64,000 bases of DNA from assembly GCA_048013815.1 (NCBI GenBank), contig CM106585.1, positions 6,324,001 through 6,388,000 of the forward strand. Direction: 5' to 3'. This document shows, in pieces, positions 49,574-62,025 of this stretch. This DNA is from Setoptus koraiensis (taxonomy: Eukaryota > Animalia > Arthropoda). The position numbers and the translations under genes were made by a program. Within the stretch, counting starts at the first letter, position 1. Each line of letters opens with the position of its first letter. The notes below the pieces were generated by a model. The model was not told the DNA's origin. It made no database searches and saw nothing but the letters and a program-made list of their open reading frames with translations.

Positions 49574-50288
49574 CTAGAGCATACCACAGTTAGCAATTGT
49601 AACAGGCAACCTAGGCTTATCATTAGGTCCCACTGGTACATTTTCAATCTTCCTCATGACCAGCATACCGTCTACGACTCGACCAAACACTACGTGTGAT
49701 CCATCTAGGAACTCACACTTATTACATGTAATGAAAAACTGGCAACCATTGGTGTCTCGTGCATTGCTGTTTGCCATCGATAATAGACCAGGGGCGTCAT
49801 GTTTCAGTTGAAATGTTTCATCGGCAAATTTGCATCCCCCATATATACTTGTCAATCCTGTGCCATCGTGATTCACAAAGTCACCGCCCTGGATCATGAA
49901 ATCTTTTATCACACGATGGAAAGGGGACCCTTTGTATCCTTGCGGAACTCCGTCCTTGCGACATTCACCCGTGCAAAATTGCCTGATTGGAATATAAGAT
50001 AGATGTGGGATTGTTGTGTTATGAGAAGTGTGAATTAGCACAGATTACAAGTGTGTATGCACATACTTGGTTACACAAGGATGAAAGATGGAAATAATAC
50101 CTGAAATTTTCCACTGTCTTTGGAGCGACATCTGCGAACAGTTCGAACGACATCCTACCAACGTCAGTGTTGCCAATCATAACATCGAAGAAACATATGG
50201 GATTGTTGGGATTCTTGAGTTTGTTGGCGAGATGATTATAACTGAGCGACACGACGCTTGTGACTGTTGATGTAGTAGTGGTTGACAT
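49574..50288 (-). CDS. PPIH: Cyclophilin H (U4/U6 snRNP PPIase); exons 50288-50101 and 49982-49574
   Basis: [15 protein letters not shown]|[33 protein letters not shown]; phase-2 intron of 118 nt. Confidence 0.95.
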
Positions 50289-50878
50289 AGCTGATTATTA
50301 TAATAGTAGTATGCTGTTGGTTTACAATGATGACTATGTGGCTTGCGAGATATGCGGCGGGGATCTATGGGGAAGGACAATAGTTTTAGTGGAGCGCAAT
50401 TGATGCTGTAAATATAAATAGAATTAAATTAATAATAGTTGATTTTTGTGAAATATATAAATTGGAATGCCATTAGATTGATGGATCACAGTGTTGGTAG
50501 TAATAGAAGCATGCAGCGAGAAATTCGTTCGATCTTATGCTGTCTCATGTCCCTTTAAACGGCTTGAACTTTAAATCGAACATAGAATCCATCGAACAAT
50601 TTATCAACTGATGAAACGTGTGTGCAATCCAGTTAAAGGGCCTGCACCACTTTTAAAATCTTCGGTAGGACTGGGCAGCGGCCACACGTTGATCCTCAAT
50701 AGGCGACTGTTTGCATTAACAGGCGTACTATCAGTTAGACCATCTTTTTCGATTTGATTTTATTTTCGTGTGAGTAAGTGTGTTGCGCATGCCGACTTAC
50801 AGTGCTTCTTGACTCATGTGAGCAAGCTGCGCTCATGAAAGCAGTTTTGTTCGACATTGTGCGCCTTTTCTAGCGTGA

Positions 50879-50898
50879 GTGTGTGTGTGTGTGTGTGT
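50879..50898. repeat. (GT)n microsatellite
   Basis: About 10 GT units read directly. Confidence 0.9.
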
Positions 50899-51476
50899 TC
50901 GATACTACACTGTGTAGACTATCATTGGTTGTGACTGCTGTGAAACAGCTGCCTGGTGATGAAGAATCTACGATTCTATTTTATTTGAGCCAATGTTCGC
51001 CATTTATACACCACACTACTTCTTACATTACTTGCATAGTGCGGGCACAGCAGGCCAGTACAGCACTGCTGAAAGCCCTCTAGTCAGAGGCGCATATAAA
51101 CGCGGCAATGTTACGTGCAACCAATCTACCCTAGCGACGACACTCCCCCTTGGGTATCACTTCAATGAGTACAACACTAGACAATTGATAATTTATTTGC
51201 ATCGTATTTGATTTTATAGGTCGCTTTGTCTAGATTATAGTCGAGATTGTTTTGTTTGGTCCCAATCTTATCTATAAGCTTGCTTACTATTTTTATCGGC
51301 GCCATCATTTTTACCCCCTCGAACCATTCGCTCAAGCAACCCTCTTGATACCCCGAAAATACCCTCACAATCGTCTGCTCATGGTCCACTCTCCCATACA
51401 ACAAACAACGTGCCTGGGCACAGTGTTGCGGCAGCAACCTACCTAAATTGCATTTTAGTTTCTGTCTGTCTGTATC

Positions 51477-51495
51477 GTGTGTGTGTGTGTGTGTG
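51477..51495. repeat. (GT)n microsatellite
   Basis: About 9 GT units read directly. Confidence 0.9.
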
Positions 51496-51895
51496 CTGCG
51501 ATTTTTGTTCTAAACAACTGATCTCATCATCCTTTTTTTCTTCATCATCTCAATCAACATCATTCACTTAAGCTACGCGAACTCATCATTTGCATTTGCA
51601 ATTTGATCTTCAACTTCATCATCCATCATTAAGCATCAACACAATTGTGTTAATTACTCCATTAGGACCTCACTGACAATCATTATTAATCAATATAAAT
51701 AGTAGGCAATATTGTTATTTATTTGAAATATCAGTGTAACTTTGTGTGTATTGTAAATATATTTCATCATTATCTACAGATATCACAAAATTAATTTATC
51801 ATAAATAAATATCCACATTATCTGAATAAGGCCTCTAAAGGCTTTAATCAACGACAATTACAATAACAACACGTTTTAACTCCTCCAATTAGAAC

Positions 51896-53593
51896 ATGTC
51901 TTCGGAAACTATCGGCCACGATGAGGCCATCGGACAATTTTGTGGAGTTACCGGAGCGAGCGAAGAAAGAGCTAGAGGCCTATTAGAGGCTTGCGATTGG
52001 AACTTGGAACTAGCAATCAATATGCATGTTGAAACTGATGATGAACGGCGACCTACAACTTCATCATCATCAGGGCTAAACTCAGTTCCAGATATAGCGA
52101 CTAGAAGCGGTCGGCCTACTCGTGCTAGATCACCAAATAACATAATGGGATCGTCTATCCACCCTTTTCAAGCTAGAAGCAATGAAAGCTCTCGCCAACC
52201 TAAGATTATCTCTATCGATGATGATGAAGTCCGACCACCTATCCCTCCAGTTCGTCAAGTTCTTGTCGATAGTCCAATACCTACTTCAAGCTACGGAGCC
52301 TCGGGATCAAGCTTTAATAGTAGATCCAATAACACAGTCTACGATGCGTTTCGAGACTTTCAAGCTGAGGCTCATTGGTTAGAAATGAATAGAGATGGCG
52401 ATCCATCAGCAACAGAGTCTACCTCAGCAGCAAATAAACGCAGAACTCTTGAGGAATTATTTCGACCGCCTCTCGATCTTATGTTCAGAGGTTCATTAAT
52501 CTCTGCGAGAGAAGTAGGACAACACCGAAACAAATGGCTCCTCATCAATGTCCAGAATGTTCGAGAGTTTGCTTGTCAGATCCTTAATAGAGATGTATGG
52601 AGCAATCAAACTGTGAAAGATATCATCAAAGAACACTTTGTCTTTTGGCAAGTCTATCACGATAGCGTTGAAGGAAGTAAATATATTCAGTTCTACAATG
52701 TTACAAATTTCCCATATGTTGCCATCGTGGACCCAAGAACTGGCGAACAATTGAAGTCGTGGTCAACCTCGATAGATCACAACACTTTCTGTGATTCCGT
52801 TATAGAGTTTCTTACTGAGCATCCATCTCCTGATGGTAGTGGAGATGCCAGTAGTATGAAAAAGTTGAGATTAAAAGAAGATGAATCATCCACCTTATAT
52901 GACCAGAGCGAAGAAGCACAACTAGAAGCAGCGATAAAAGCATCGCTTCAGGACGCGGAAAGCAGTAATTCCCTCAATCAAAATGCTGATTATGATGATT
53001 GCGAAATCGAAACTTTCGATTCAGACACTGAGACCTCTAGATCTTCTCTAGATATTTTGAGTCGATCAAAAATAAACCAGCCTGAAAATTTGTCATTGAA
53101 TAACGGTCAGCTCACATCAACAGGTTCAAATTCATCCCCTGAATTTGCGGGCATAGGAAGATCTTGTAGAGAAGTTGCAGAAACAAATGACTGCCCATCT
53201 AAGGCACCTGTAGAGATAACGGATGACTACACCAAGTACCTAGGTAAAGATTCAAAAAACTTGTCGAATCTCGTGTTAAGATTCCCAGATGGAACTCGGG
53301 ATAAGATTAGATTTCCTGCAGATTCACAACTGAAGGTAAGTTTTGCAAGCAAAAAGTTGAACATAATGTGAATCGATATTCGTCAACCTAATTCTTATTC
53401 TTGATACTTTGATCAATTTCAGGCATTGTTTCTGATGCTAGGCTCACGCGGCTACGACATGGAAGAGTTTAACTATGTTACCAATTTCCCAAGTAGGAAT
53501 CTTCAAGATTTATGCTACAGTGACAGCCTCCAAGATGTCCAGCTGGTCAATGATACTGTATACATACAACGCAAGGTGAAAGAAGAACCGTAA
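51896..53593 (+). CDS. UBXN7: UBX domain-containing protein 7; exons 51896-53335 and 53423-53593
   Basis: UBA-like N-terminus, LEELFRPPLDL, UAS domain (FACQILNRDVWS), UIM (SEEAQLEAAIKASL), UBX (LRFPDG..TNFP); 87-nt intron. Confidence 0.95.
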
Positions 53594-53687
53594 AAACATT
53601 TTTTTTTTCATAAGAAAGCAAAAATAAATATTATACTTCATTCAAATTTTAAGAACAGCCTTCGACAGTATTTTAAAATGTTGCATC

Positions 53688-54584
53688 TCATTGCTTGTAT
53701 TTAATATATGGTATTAATGTGTGATTATCCGCCATGCATCTATCGCATGCCCATTCAGCGGAACTTTCTCGTTTTAATAGGTCATAGGCCAGTTCAGTAA
53801 GCCCACTGCATTCCCTGTGATAAAGATTCTGGCATCCAGCTTCACACAATATACTGGGTTCCACTTCGGAGATATCTGCCTGACACTTGCCGCATCTATA
53901 TATCATATGCGGATTATGCATATGAATTTGCTGCCTGTGCAAGTGAGGGTCATGATGGGGTGACTGTACTGCATATGAATTTGGCGGTGGTAATGGAGAC
54001 TGCACCTGATGAGGCGGTATTGATCCTTGTTGCATATATTGAGTATTAGGGCCAACTGTCATGTGGTGCGGAGGCGACGGTCCAATCATTTGAGGATGGG
54101 GTGGACCAAGCATTTGTTGATTTGGAGGTGGTCCACCCATTTGCATCGGGGGCCCCCCTCCCATCTGCTGATTTCTGGGCATAGGGCTCATGTGTTGCGG
54201 CATCGGTGCTCCAGGAATATGCTGGGGTTGTGGAGGTCCCAACATAGGTTGATGGGGTGAGGGCACAGTGGCAATATTAGGTTGGATGTAGCTGGGAGTG
54301 GTTTGTTGTTGTACTATACTATGAGGGGGTTGCACAACCACCTGCTGTTGCATGCCCAACATGGTAGATGGGGGTGTTTGATCGTCATCGAATGGATTTG
54401 TGGCTACAATAGTGCCACCTCCGTAAATTTCATTACTAGCAGGAATACTATTGGTTGTTCTTCGCTTTTTGCCGCCTCGCGCGCCGCCGCCACCACCGCC
54501 ACGAGTCGGTCCAGAGCTGACTGGTGGACAACCTTCGGTGACTGCATTGTTTTTAGTTATTTTAGTTCCAGTTTTGCGTGGCAT
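53688..54584 (-). CDS. pygo: Pygopus, intronless
   Basis: Basic NLS plus NPF motif (TNPFDDD), Pro/Gln/Gly-rich linker, C-terminal PHD (CEAGC..HREC.GLTELAY.LL.E.AEWACD.C). Confidence 0.95.
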   Translation of the reverse strand: MPRKTGTKITKNNAVTEGCPPVSSGPTRGGGGGGARGGKKRRTTNSIPASNEIYGGGTIVATNPFDDDQTPPSTMLGMQQQVVVQPPHSIVQQQTTPSYIQPNIATVPSPHQPMLGPPQPQHIPGAPMPQHMSPMPRNQQMGGGPPMQMGGPPPNQQMLGPPHPQMIGPSPPHHMTVGPNTQYMQQGSIPPHQVQSPLPPPNSYAVQSPHHDPHLHRQQIHMHNPHMIYRCGKCQADISEVEPSILCEAGCQNLYHRECSGLTELAYDLLKRESSAEWACDRCMADNHTLIPYIKYKQ

Positions 54585-56416
54585 GTGAATAAGATTGATA
54601 TACTAAAAACAAATCCTAAAAATTTACCTCTAATAATAGTTTCGTTGTTGGTTCTGTCGTTAAATATTGATGCAATTGTTCAAATGATGATTGATGCGCT
54701 ATTACCTCTTGTAATAGAAGTCACTCATAATGTTGTAATACTGATTGCATTGTTGGCTATTTGGCTTGACGATCATAATAAAAGTATCCATTTCCAATCA
54801 TAGTAAATGTCGTCACCAAGACATGAATTCCACTATAGTTGATGTGTATAGAATATCGTTATAATTGTTGGTGTCAATCTGTTGGTTAACTGCCGATGCA
54901 TTTGCTGTATGCTGAATTATAGTTGGTGTTGAGAGTATATGGTCTGTGTTACAGAGTGTCACAATTGAACTGTGCCTGTAGAAGAATTAATGTAACCGAG
55001 CAAAATGATTAAATGAAACTGAATATATATGTACTAGGTGATCGTTTTCAAATGTCCAAAATATCAGTGCGAAAAAAATCCGCTAGGCGTGCGTACGACG
55101 TTTTGAAAGCACAGCTAACACCCAGAGTGTTTCGTTGTATGTTTCTTTTTGTTTGATTGCGAGCTGTTGTCTGAATCGAAGCAGATTAACGTTTGTCCGC
55201 TTGCGAACACGTCGAACGCATAGCTTATTCTGCAGATAATCATACCATCAGCGCTATCGTAGCTTCTCCTCTACTGCGTCGAGAAAGCACAGAAGCGCCA
55301 CTCTCGCTGATTTTTTTCGCATCGATGTTCTGGACATTCGAAGGCGATGATACAGTACAAGTGTCCAGTGATCGAACATTCCTGCTCGAGAGCATATCTG
55401 TGCATGTTCTGCAGTCGCATGAATTCGCTAGTGTGTCCGTGCCAAATATAGAGTATAACCCCGTGTTCTGCTGGCTCTTACAATACATTTTTAGAGCGTC
55501 AAAAGCACAAGAACACGCCTAATTCAAGGTTTTGTCTGAAGAGGGCGCATTGATATCAAGAATGTTTTGTCCGGTACACAAGTGGTTAAATTGTACTGTG
55601 AAGCTTTTATTGGGCATAATAAATTACAACAGGCATAATAATTAGCATTTGTTCAGATGTGAATTGGATTGCTCAAATTTTCTGAATAAACTACAGCAAT
55701 TATATAGTAGCGAGGACAAGTTTTACATAGTTGAGTAGAGAGCGCCTGTGCTCAAGGCTCGTCTTGAGATGGCATTGTGAGCGCCCCCTCCAGGAAAAAT
55801 AGCTTGCTACGTATGACACACAAGAGCAAGAAGGGAATACCGATTGCGTTCCTCAGGCTGTGTGCTGAAGTCTATCAGGTGCCTTCCATGGTGCATTTTG
55901 GCTACAACTTCCACTGCTGCCTCATGTATAGCTACAGATTCACAAGTTCAGTCATCTTTAAAAGATCTTTGCTCGTTAAAAGATGGACCATCAGAACTAC
56001 AAATACAAATTGTTGTCTAGATCTTGATTAACAAGTGATCGATTTGTCTAGATTCATGAATTAAGTCAAGATGCGGCGCATCGATCGTTAGAGAAATGAG
56101 CGTGCGCTATGTATATCGGGAAAAATCGATACACGGATAGCCCACGGACAATAGCTCCGTGGGCTATCTGTAAATCTTTCTCTGGCCTAACAGAATCGGG
56201 ACCTAATCAATTGCGATGGTTGCATGAGTTGTTAGTCTTTCAAGATGATCCAATCGAACGATCCCGTCGGAATGTCACATTGAAGTGCGACTTGATTTAA
56301 ATTTAGCGCTATGTCAAAGATTGAAAACAGTCGGGGCAAGATTTTTCATCATGATCAGATGAACTTTCCATGTTAGCCTACTATCTTTTTGAAAGGTGTT
56401 TTGTTATATCAGCAAG

Positions 56417-57038
56417 ATGAAAGGATCACACTTTCTTAGGCTTATCATATTTGATCTTGAAGGCACCCTATGGCCTTTCTCGGTTGGTTCCTCAAAATTC
56501 GCTGCCCCTTTCAAGATCTCGGAGGGCAGTGTTTACGATAAAGAAGGTGAGTCTATTTTTACACTTGTTTAAATGAACAGCAGCCATCAGAAGGCAAATA
56601 CTAGTATGGCATTCTCAAACTATCTTATAACGAACAATCAACTCTCCTCCTCTTCAAGGTACTAAGGTGGAGTTATATCCTGAAACGCTAGAAGTTCTGG
56701 ACACATGGTCAAAGAAGTGTACCCTAGCTGTCTCATCTGGTACACACTACCCTCAGGGGGCCGAAAGTTTGTTCAAATTATTCGGCATTGAAAAGTATAT
56801 AGATTTCAAGGAATTAGCTCCCGCAGTCAATAGGTCAAGTGACCATGTTAGTCGAATTTTGCAACGCACAGGATTCGCGCCCCATGACGTGCTCTACCTC
56901 GATGATGATCAGCGCAATCTAAAGGAATTGAAATTCATTGGGTTGAAGAGTGTTTTGGTGAACCCCGACGTAGGTGTAACAAAGAAACTTATTGAAAATA
57001 CAGTGATGGACAATTTTCTCGGCTCCAGAAGGGAGTAA
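56417..57038 (+). CDS. Magnesium-dependent phosphatase 1-like paralog A with degenerate HAD motifs; exons 56417-56546 and 56659-57038
   Basis: FDLEGTLWPF, LYPETLEVL, LDDDQRN; 112-nt phase-1 intron at the same position as in copy B. Confidence 0.88.
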
Positions 57039-57454
57039 TCATCTAAAGAGAAATAGATGATTCTTTTCATTTAATGTCAAACAGAATTGTAGTGTAGATG
57101 CAATAAATCAATTTCTGCTCGCTTGATGAAGAAGCGAAACCTTAGATTTATGGTAGGTTATGAAAAAAACTGTGTCTTCTCAGGTCATTTGATGTAATCG
57201 TTTCCTATAAAAACTTCAAATGGTTAGATTGGCTTACTACGGGTCGCAAGTCTGACCTTGGGTATGTTTGAACAACGCGCTCAATTTCTCGTTATATTTT
57301 CATGGCAGAAAATCTTAATTTTATTTATAAAATAGCCCTCATTGGATCATCACTTACGAACCAGTATGCTCATTACAGAAAGAAACAACCGTGCTTGTCA
57401 TCATATAAATTAGAATATCTCAATTAGGACATCCACCAAGCCCTATAGACTAAA

Positions 57455-58705
57455 ATGAGTAACGACGAAAATGTAGAGCTAGAGAGCCAATTCATATTGA
57501 GGCTGCCGCCAGTCCAGGCGGCTTCTCTAAGAGCAGCTGTCAAAAGTGGAGTTCTTAATCTCAAAGACAGATTAACTATACAACTTGATGACGACATGAG
57601 ACACGGGTTTGTGCGATTCGACGATTGGGTCATGCCATCCCGGTTGTTTGATCTACCCTCCATAATAGAGTCGTACAAGACACTTGACAAAAAGAATTTG
57701 TACAAGACTGCTGATATATCACAAATTATGGTATGCAAAGAATATGAGGGCGAAACAAACCATGATTCCAATGTATCTGAAGATAAAGAAGAGTCATCAC
57801 AACCCCAGAAACCCGACTATGATGCTTTATTTGCTTCTGTGGGAGGCGTTGGCAAAAGAGATGGTAAAGAGAAGAAATTTCTATTCCCTCATGGTATAAC
57901 TCCACCGCTCAAAAATGTCAGAAAGAAGAGATTCAGGAAGACACTGAAAAAGAAATTCGTTGATTATCCAGAGATTGAAAACGAAGTGAAACGTCTTTTC
58001 AAAGCCGATCATGAGGCCATAGCAGTCACATATGAGGTAGTTGGAATTGAAGATAACAATAAAAACAACGAGTCAAAATCAAGCAACAATCCACAGTTCC
58101 CATATGAAGGCACATCTGGGGCACATAGTGGCAATGCCTTAGTGGACCTATTCGGTGACGACGATCTCAGTAGCTCAGAAGATGGTGATGATGAGGATTC
58201 CAGACTGTTGTCCGACGATGGAAATAGTAGAATATCTCTGAATATGAACGCTCCTAAAGCATCGACGCACAAAAATGACGATGAGGATGATGATGAGGAT
58301 GATATGGAGGACGAATCTTATGGCAATTCTAAATACGGGGTTGGATCCACAAATGCACCTACTACTTTTGACAACATTATTCCTCAAAGCACTTCAACAG
58401 ATGATAGTGATAAGATATCCTCGAATAATGCTGAGTTAGACCTTGAGAACTTATCACAAGAAGCTGCCGCTGAAGAGGCGGCTGCCAGCAATCTCATCGC
58501 TCAAAATGAAGGTGTCGAAGAGAAGATATCAGAACTGGAACGAGAGATAAAATCATTGCAAACAAGGCGACAGGCTCAGGAGCTGGAGATCGTGGGCATA
58601 GACAATGCGGCTCTAAGACAAAGACTTCAAAGTTTTATTGATAATCTCAAGGAACTCGAGCAAGAGAAAGTCAGGCAATTTGAAGCATTAAAATTATTCT
58701 TATAG
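57455..58705 (+). CDS. TAF7: TFIID subunit TAF7, intronless
   Basis: ELESQFILRLPP, DLPSIIESYKT.DKK.LYKTADISQIMVC, PHGITPPLKNVRKKRFRKT. Confidence 0.97.
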   Translation: MSNDENVELESQFILRLPPVQAASLRAAVKSGVLNLKDRLTIQLDDDMRHGFVRFDDWVMPSRLFDLPSIIESYKTLDKKNLYKTADISQIMVCKEYEGETNHDSNVSEDKEESSQPQKPDYDALFASVGGVGKRDGKEKKFLFPHGITPPLKNVRKKRFRKTLKKKFVDYPEIENEVKRLFKADHEAIAVTYEVVGIEDNNKNNESKSSNNPQFPYEGTSGAHSGNALVDLFGDDDLSSSEDGDDEDSRLLSDDGNSRISLNMNAPKASTHKNDDEDDDEDDMEDESYGNSKYGVGSTNAPTTFDNIIPQSTSTDDSDKISSNNAELDLENLSQEAAAEEAAASNLIAQNEGVEEKISELEREIKSLQTRRQAQELEIVGIDNAALRQRLQSFIDNLKELEQEKVRQFEALKLFL

Positions 58706-59199
58706 TATTCATACTTTACCTTTCAGATAATTGAAACACAACTCACAAAAGCTTTATCAATTGTTAATCATCCGTGATCAGATTACCTTGTGAACATTTT
58801 TTATTATTTAAGTTTCCCCTGAAAGACATGCGCGTCTTATACCTCTTCTATGATAAAGAATGAGTTCGATTTTAAAAATTTTTCCATGTTTATTTCATTG
58901 CAAATCTGATCTGTCAAATGCAGCTTAGTCGAAATGGTAGACAAGCATTTTTTGGTATCTCGACGCAGCTCAGGGTTGGTCTTAAGTGATGTAGATATTT
59001 AGGAAAACGGTTATTCCTTACTACACGACTGGATTTGAGAATCAACAGGAAGAATTATACCCTTTCGGTAAGGGCTCTTTTGTGCTCATGAACACTAGAG
59101 GGCGAGCGGGATTCTCACTCAACCAGATCCACAAAATGTGTGATCCATGTGATCATTTTTCATTGCTGACATCCAGTTTTTGATAGATATTATAGCACA

Positions 59200-59544
59200 A
59201 TGGAATTGAATATGCTTTTCAGATTTACGAAACATCTACATATATCGAGGACACATCCTGTCATCAGAACTCAAATACAGTCTCTCAAAGAAAGTCAGAA
59301 ACCATTAGCAGAGGCTCTGTGGAAAAGAATAGCCAATGAACTCAAAGAGTCGAATATTGAAGTACTGCATCCAAGTTTAGCACCGGATGGTAAAGAATTG
59401 TTTAGTATCGTAATATGTGACAAAACTCTCGATTATGGTATTGTTTATTTGCAGCATATCAAACCAAAGATTAGGGAAGAAATTCATGTCTCGAGTTTGC
59501 GTGATAATATCTTAACGAAACTCGGCTCAATGAAGAATAATTGA
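59200..59544 (+). CDS. PolG2: Mitochondrial DNA polymerase gamma accessory subunit-like, C-terminal domain only (possible extra exon 58995-59067)
   Basis: IANELKESNIEV and LFSIVICDKTLDYGIVYLQH..IREEIHVSSL resemble the recalled POLG2 C-terminus (LFNELLENGISV; LFTVLVTETTLENGLIHL..EMMHISKL). Confidence 0.65.
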   Translation: MELNMLFRFTKHLHISRTHPVIRTQIQSLKESQKPLAEALWKRIANELKESNIEVLHPSLAPDGKELFSIVICDKTLDYGIVYLQHIKPKIREEIHVSSLRDNILTKLGSMKNN

Positions 59545-59580
59545 TAGTTGATATTCAATAAAACAAGAGATTGTGATCGT

Positions 59581-62025
59581 TCAGTAATCTTCAATTATTT
59601 TCTTTCTCCTTTTTCTCTGACTATACCGGATGGAGGATTGCCTTGTATTGTAAATACTGCTATTGGGTGATATTATATCAGTTTGGTCGCCATCATCTAT
59701 GTCGGTAGCCTCATCGTCTATCTCAGTAGCCTCATCATCTTCATCTTGAACTCTCCTTGATGGACCTGGCTCGTTTGCATGATGGCTCACGCGACTTGTA
59801 CGTCTTCTGGCAACAACCTTACGGCGACGTCGAGATCTGCGAGCTCTAGGAGGTAACACATAATCACTATCATCACTTTCAGATGAGGTAGAAGAATCAA
59901 AGGATTCATTATTTCTTTCTTCTGCCACATTCTGATTTCTACTAGGTAGAGGAGGATGATTTGAGCGCCGAGCGGTCTGCCTGGCAGGTCGTCTTGCTGG
60001 TCGTCTTCGACTCGCAAGGCGTGTGACTCTGGGTGGTAAATGGTATTCCGGTAATTTCTTGTGAGGCTGGTGTTTTCCCTCCTTATTCATTTCTCTAAGA
60101 TGAGTTTCGCTTTCAGCAATCCCGAAAGCTTGAATCAGCTTGTCTTGGTATTTTAAGTCATTTTCAGACATTGGTGGAATTACATCAAGTCGCTTTCCTT
60201 CACCGCGGAAATCCGGCACAAGCCGCTGGTATCTATCTTCGTGCGGATCACCATTCATGTCCACTAATGTAGGAGGTGGCATCAAATGCGGAGCTAAGTG
60301 AGTTTGCTCATCCATAACAAAACCATGCACGTCCCGTATCAGAGGTCGATAATCAGAGTGAAAGAATACTTGATCTGGCAAGGCGTCGTAAGGTTGAGCG
60401 CTGCCGAAACCATACAAGGACAGATGACCGTGGCTATCAGTGGCTGCAAACATGAGTCCATCTGGAGAAAATTTACAATCATAAACACAAGCGTGGCCTT
60501 GCCCTTCGATAGTATTTTGAAATGATTTTATGGGTACGCCTCTTACAACATCCCACAGAATGATACGTCCATCGTGGCCGGCGCTGAGAAAGATTCTGGG
60601 ATCTATTGGGTGACTTTCAATAATATAAGTCTCCTCCGTATGCTCTTTTAGTACATGAATCAGTTTTCCCGTGTAAGAGTTCCACACCTTGATACTATTA
60701 TCGCTGAGAGAAGTGATTACATAAGCATCATCTGAAGTCCATCCTATCATGCTAACTTTGACATTTCTACCTGCTTCGTTGTCCAAAGATTCTTGCTGTG
60801 CAGTGTTCTCGATTCCGTCATTCAGCTGAGTCCTCATGTCCAGTCGAATGGGATGCCATTCTCTGCAGGAATATGACCAAATGATAGCGAATCCGTCCTT
60901 GGATCCACTGACAAATCTGTAACCTTTGTTGCAAAATTGCAAACTATCGACTTGATCGGTATGCAATTCTATTTCAAGGTCCTTGTACGGTGAAGATATA
61001 CTATGATGCCATCCGTATACTCTAACAAAGAAGTCTGAACTTCCACAAGCCAAGAACGAACCACCCATACTAATAGATGAGCACACCATCTGACCACCTG
61101 GCTTGATTCTTTCGTTGAGTTTGATAGGTCTGCTGGGAAATTTAAGATCATCAGCATTATATTTCCAAAAACTTATACATCCATCATTTGAGGTAGAAAC
61201 TAGCCAACGTTCTTTTCCTTGTCTGTTGTATGGAGAAAATTTTACCGAGGTAATCATGGCTGTATGAGCGCTTAAGCACTCGATCATTTTGGTCGTTCTC
61301 AAGTCCCAAACCCTGATAAGTCTATCCACACTTCCAGAAGCGAGGAGACGATTTTCATAGTTGACAGATATGTCGGTTATTTCTCCGGAATGGCCGCGCA
61401 GTGTAGATAGAAGTCTGCCATCCTTGGCAGACCAAATCTTGATCAGATTGTCATCTGCGCCTGTGAAAATGAACTGACCAGTACGGTCAAAAGCTATACA
61501 ATAAACAGGTGATAGATGGCAGAGGACTCTTTTGTATCTGATAGGACGTTGATAGAATTCAGAAGGTATTGTATTCTGCAAGCCGAGAAACCCTTTGACT
61601 TTTGTGGCTCTGAGGGATTTGCAAATATTAATAGTATGCTTAGATGATGATAAATAGTGTCTACTTGCTAAAAGTGACTTGACTGCATGGCCGAGACTTT
61701 CCAAACGCAAACTTTCTTCGCTTCTAAGTAGACTCTGATGGCCATCCCCTAAGAAAGAGGTCTCATTGACTGAAGGTGGAATATGTTTATCTAAAGTCGT
61801 CTTCAGTTTCTCACAAATTTTGACCAATGTTTGACCGTTAATATGTGGAAATTTTTTCAGATGCTCATCTAATGTTATTTTGTGTGTGTTGCCTATAAAA
61901 TCATATCTATGTGGTAATAATTTTTCTAATTCTTTAGCGAGAACATTAGCCGTCTCTTGAAATGGTCCATCCTGGAGAGCTTTCAAAACAAGAGTGTAAA
62001 CCTCTAAATCAGTATTTGAGGCCAT
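59581..62025 (-). CDS. BRWD3: BRWD3/PHIP-family WD40 protein, no bromodomains, intronless
   Basis: HLSPVYCIAFDRTGQFIFTGADDNLIKIWS, LRGHSGEITD, FFHSDYRPLIRD, DEQTHLAPHLMPPP. Confidence 0.93.
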   Translation of the reverse strand: MASNTDLEVYTLVLKALQDGPFQETANVLAKELEKLLPHRYDFIGNTHKITLDEHLKKFPHINGQTLVKICEKLKTTLDKHIPPSVNETSFLGDGHQSLLRSEESLRLESLGHAVKSLLASRHYLSSSKHTINICKSLRATKVKGFLGLQNTIPSEFYQRPIRYKRVLCHLSPVYCIAFDRTGQFIFTGADDNLIKIWSAKDGRLLSTLRGHSGEITDISVNYENRLLASGSVDRLIRVWDLRTTKMIECLSAHTAMITSVKFSPYNRQGKERWLVSTSNDGCISFWKYNADDLKFPSRPIKLNERIKPGGQMVCSSISMGGSFLACGSSDFFVRVYGWHHSISSPYKDLEIELHTDQVDSLQFCNKGYRFVSGSKDGFAIIWSYSCREWHPIRLDMRTQLNDGIENTAQQESLDNEAGRNVKVSMIGWTSDDAYVITSLSDNSIKVWNSYTGKLIHVLKEHTEETYIIESHPIDPRIFLSAGHDGRIILWDVVRGVPIKSFQNTIEGQGHACVYDCKFSPDGLMFAATDSHGHLSLYGFGSAQPYDALPDQVFFHSDYRPLIRDVHGFVMDEQTHLAPHLMPPPTLVDMNGDPHEDRYQRLVPDFRGEGKRLDVIPPMSENDLKYQDKLIQAFGIAESETHLREMNKEGKHQPHKKLPEYHLPPRVTRLASRRRPARRPARQTARRSNHPPLPSRNQNVAEERNNESFDSSTSSESDDSDYVLPPRARRSRRRRKVVARRRTSRVSHHANEPGPSRRVQDEDDEATEIDDEATDIDDGDQTDIISPNSSIYNTRQSSIRYSQRKRRKKIIEDY

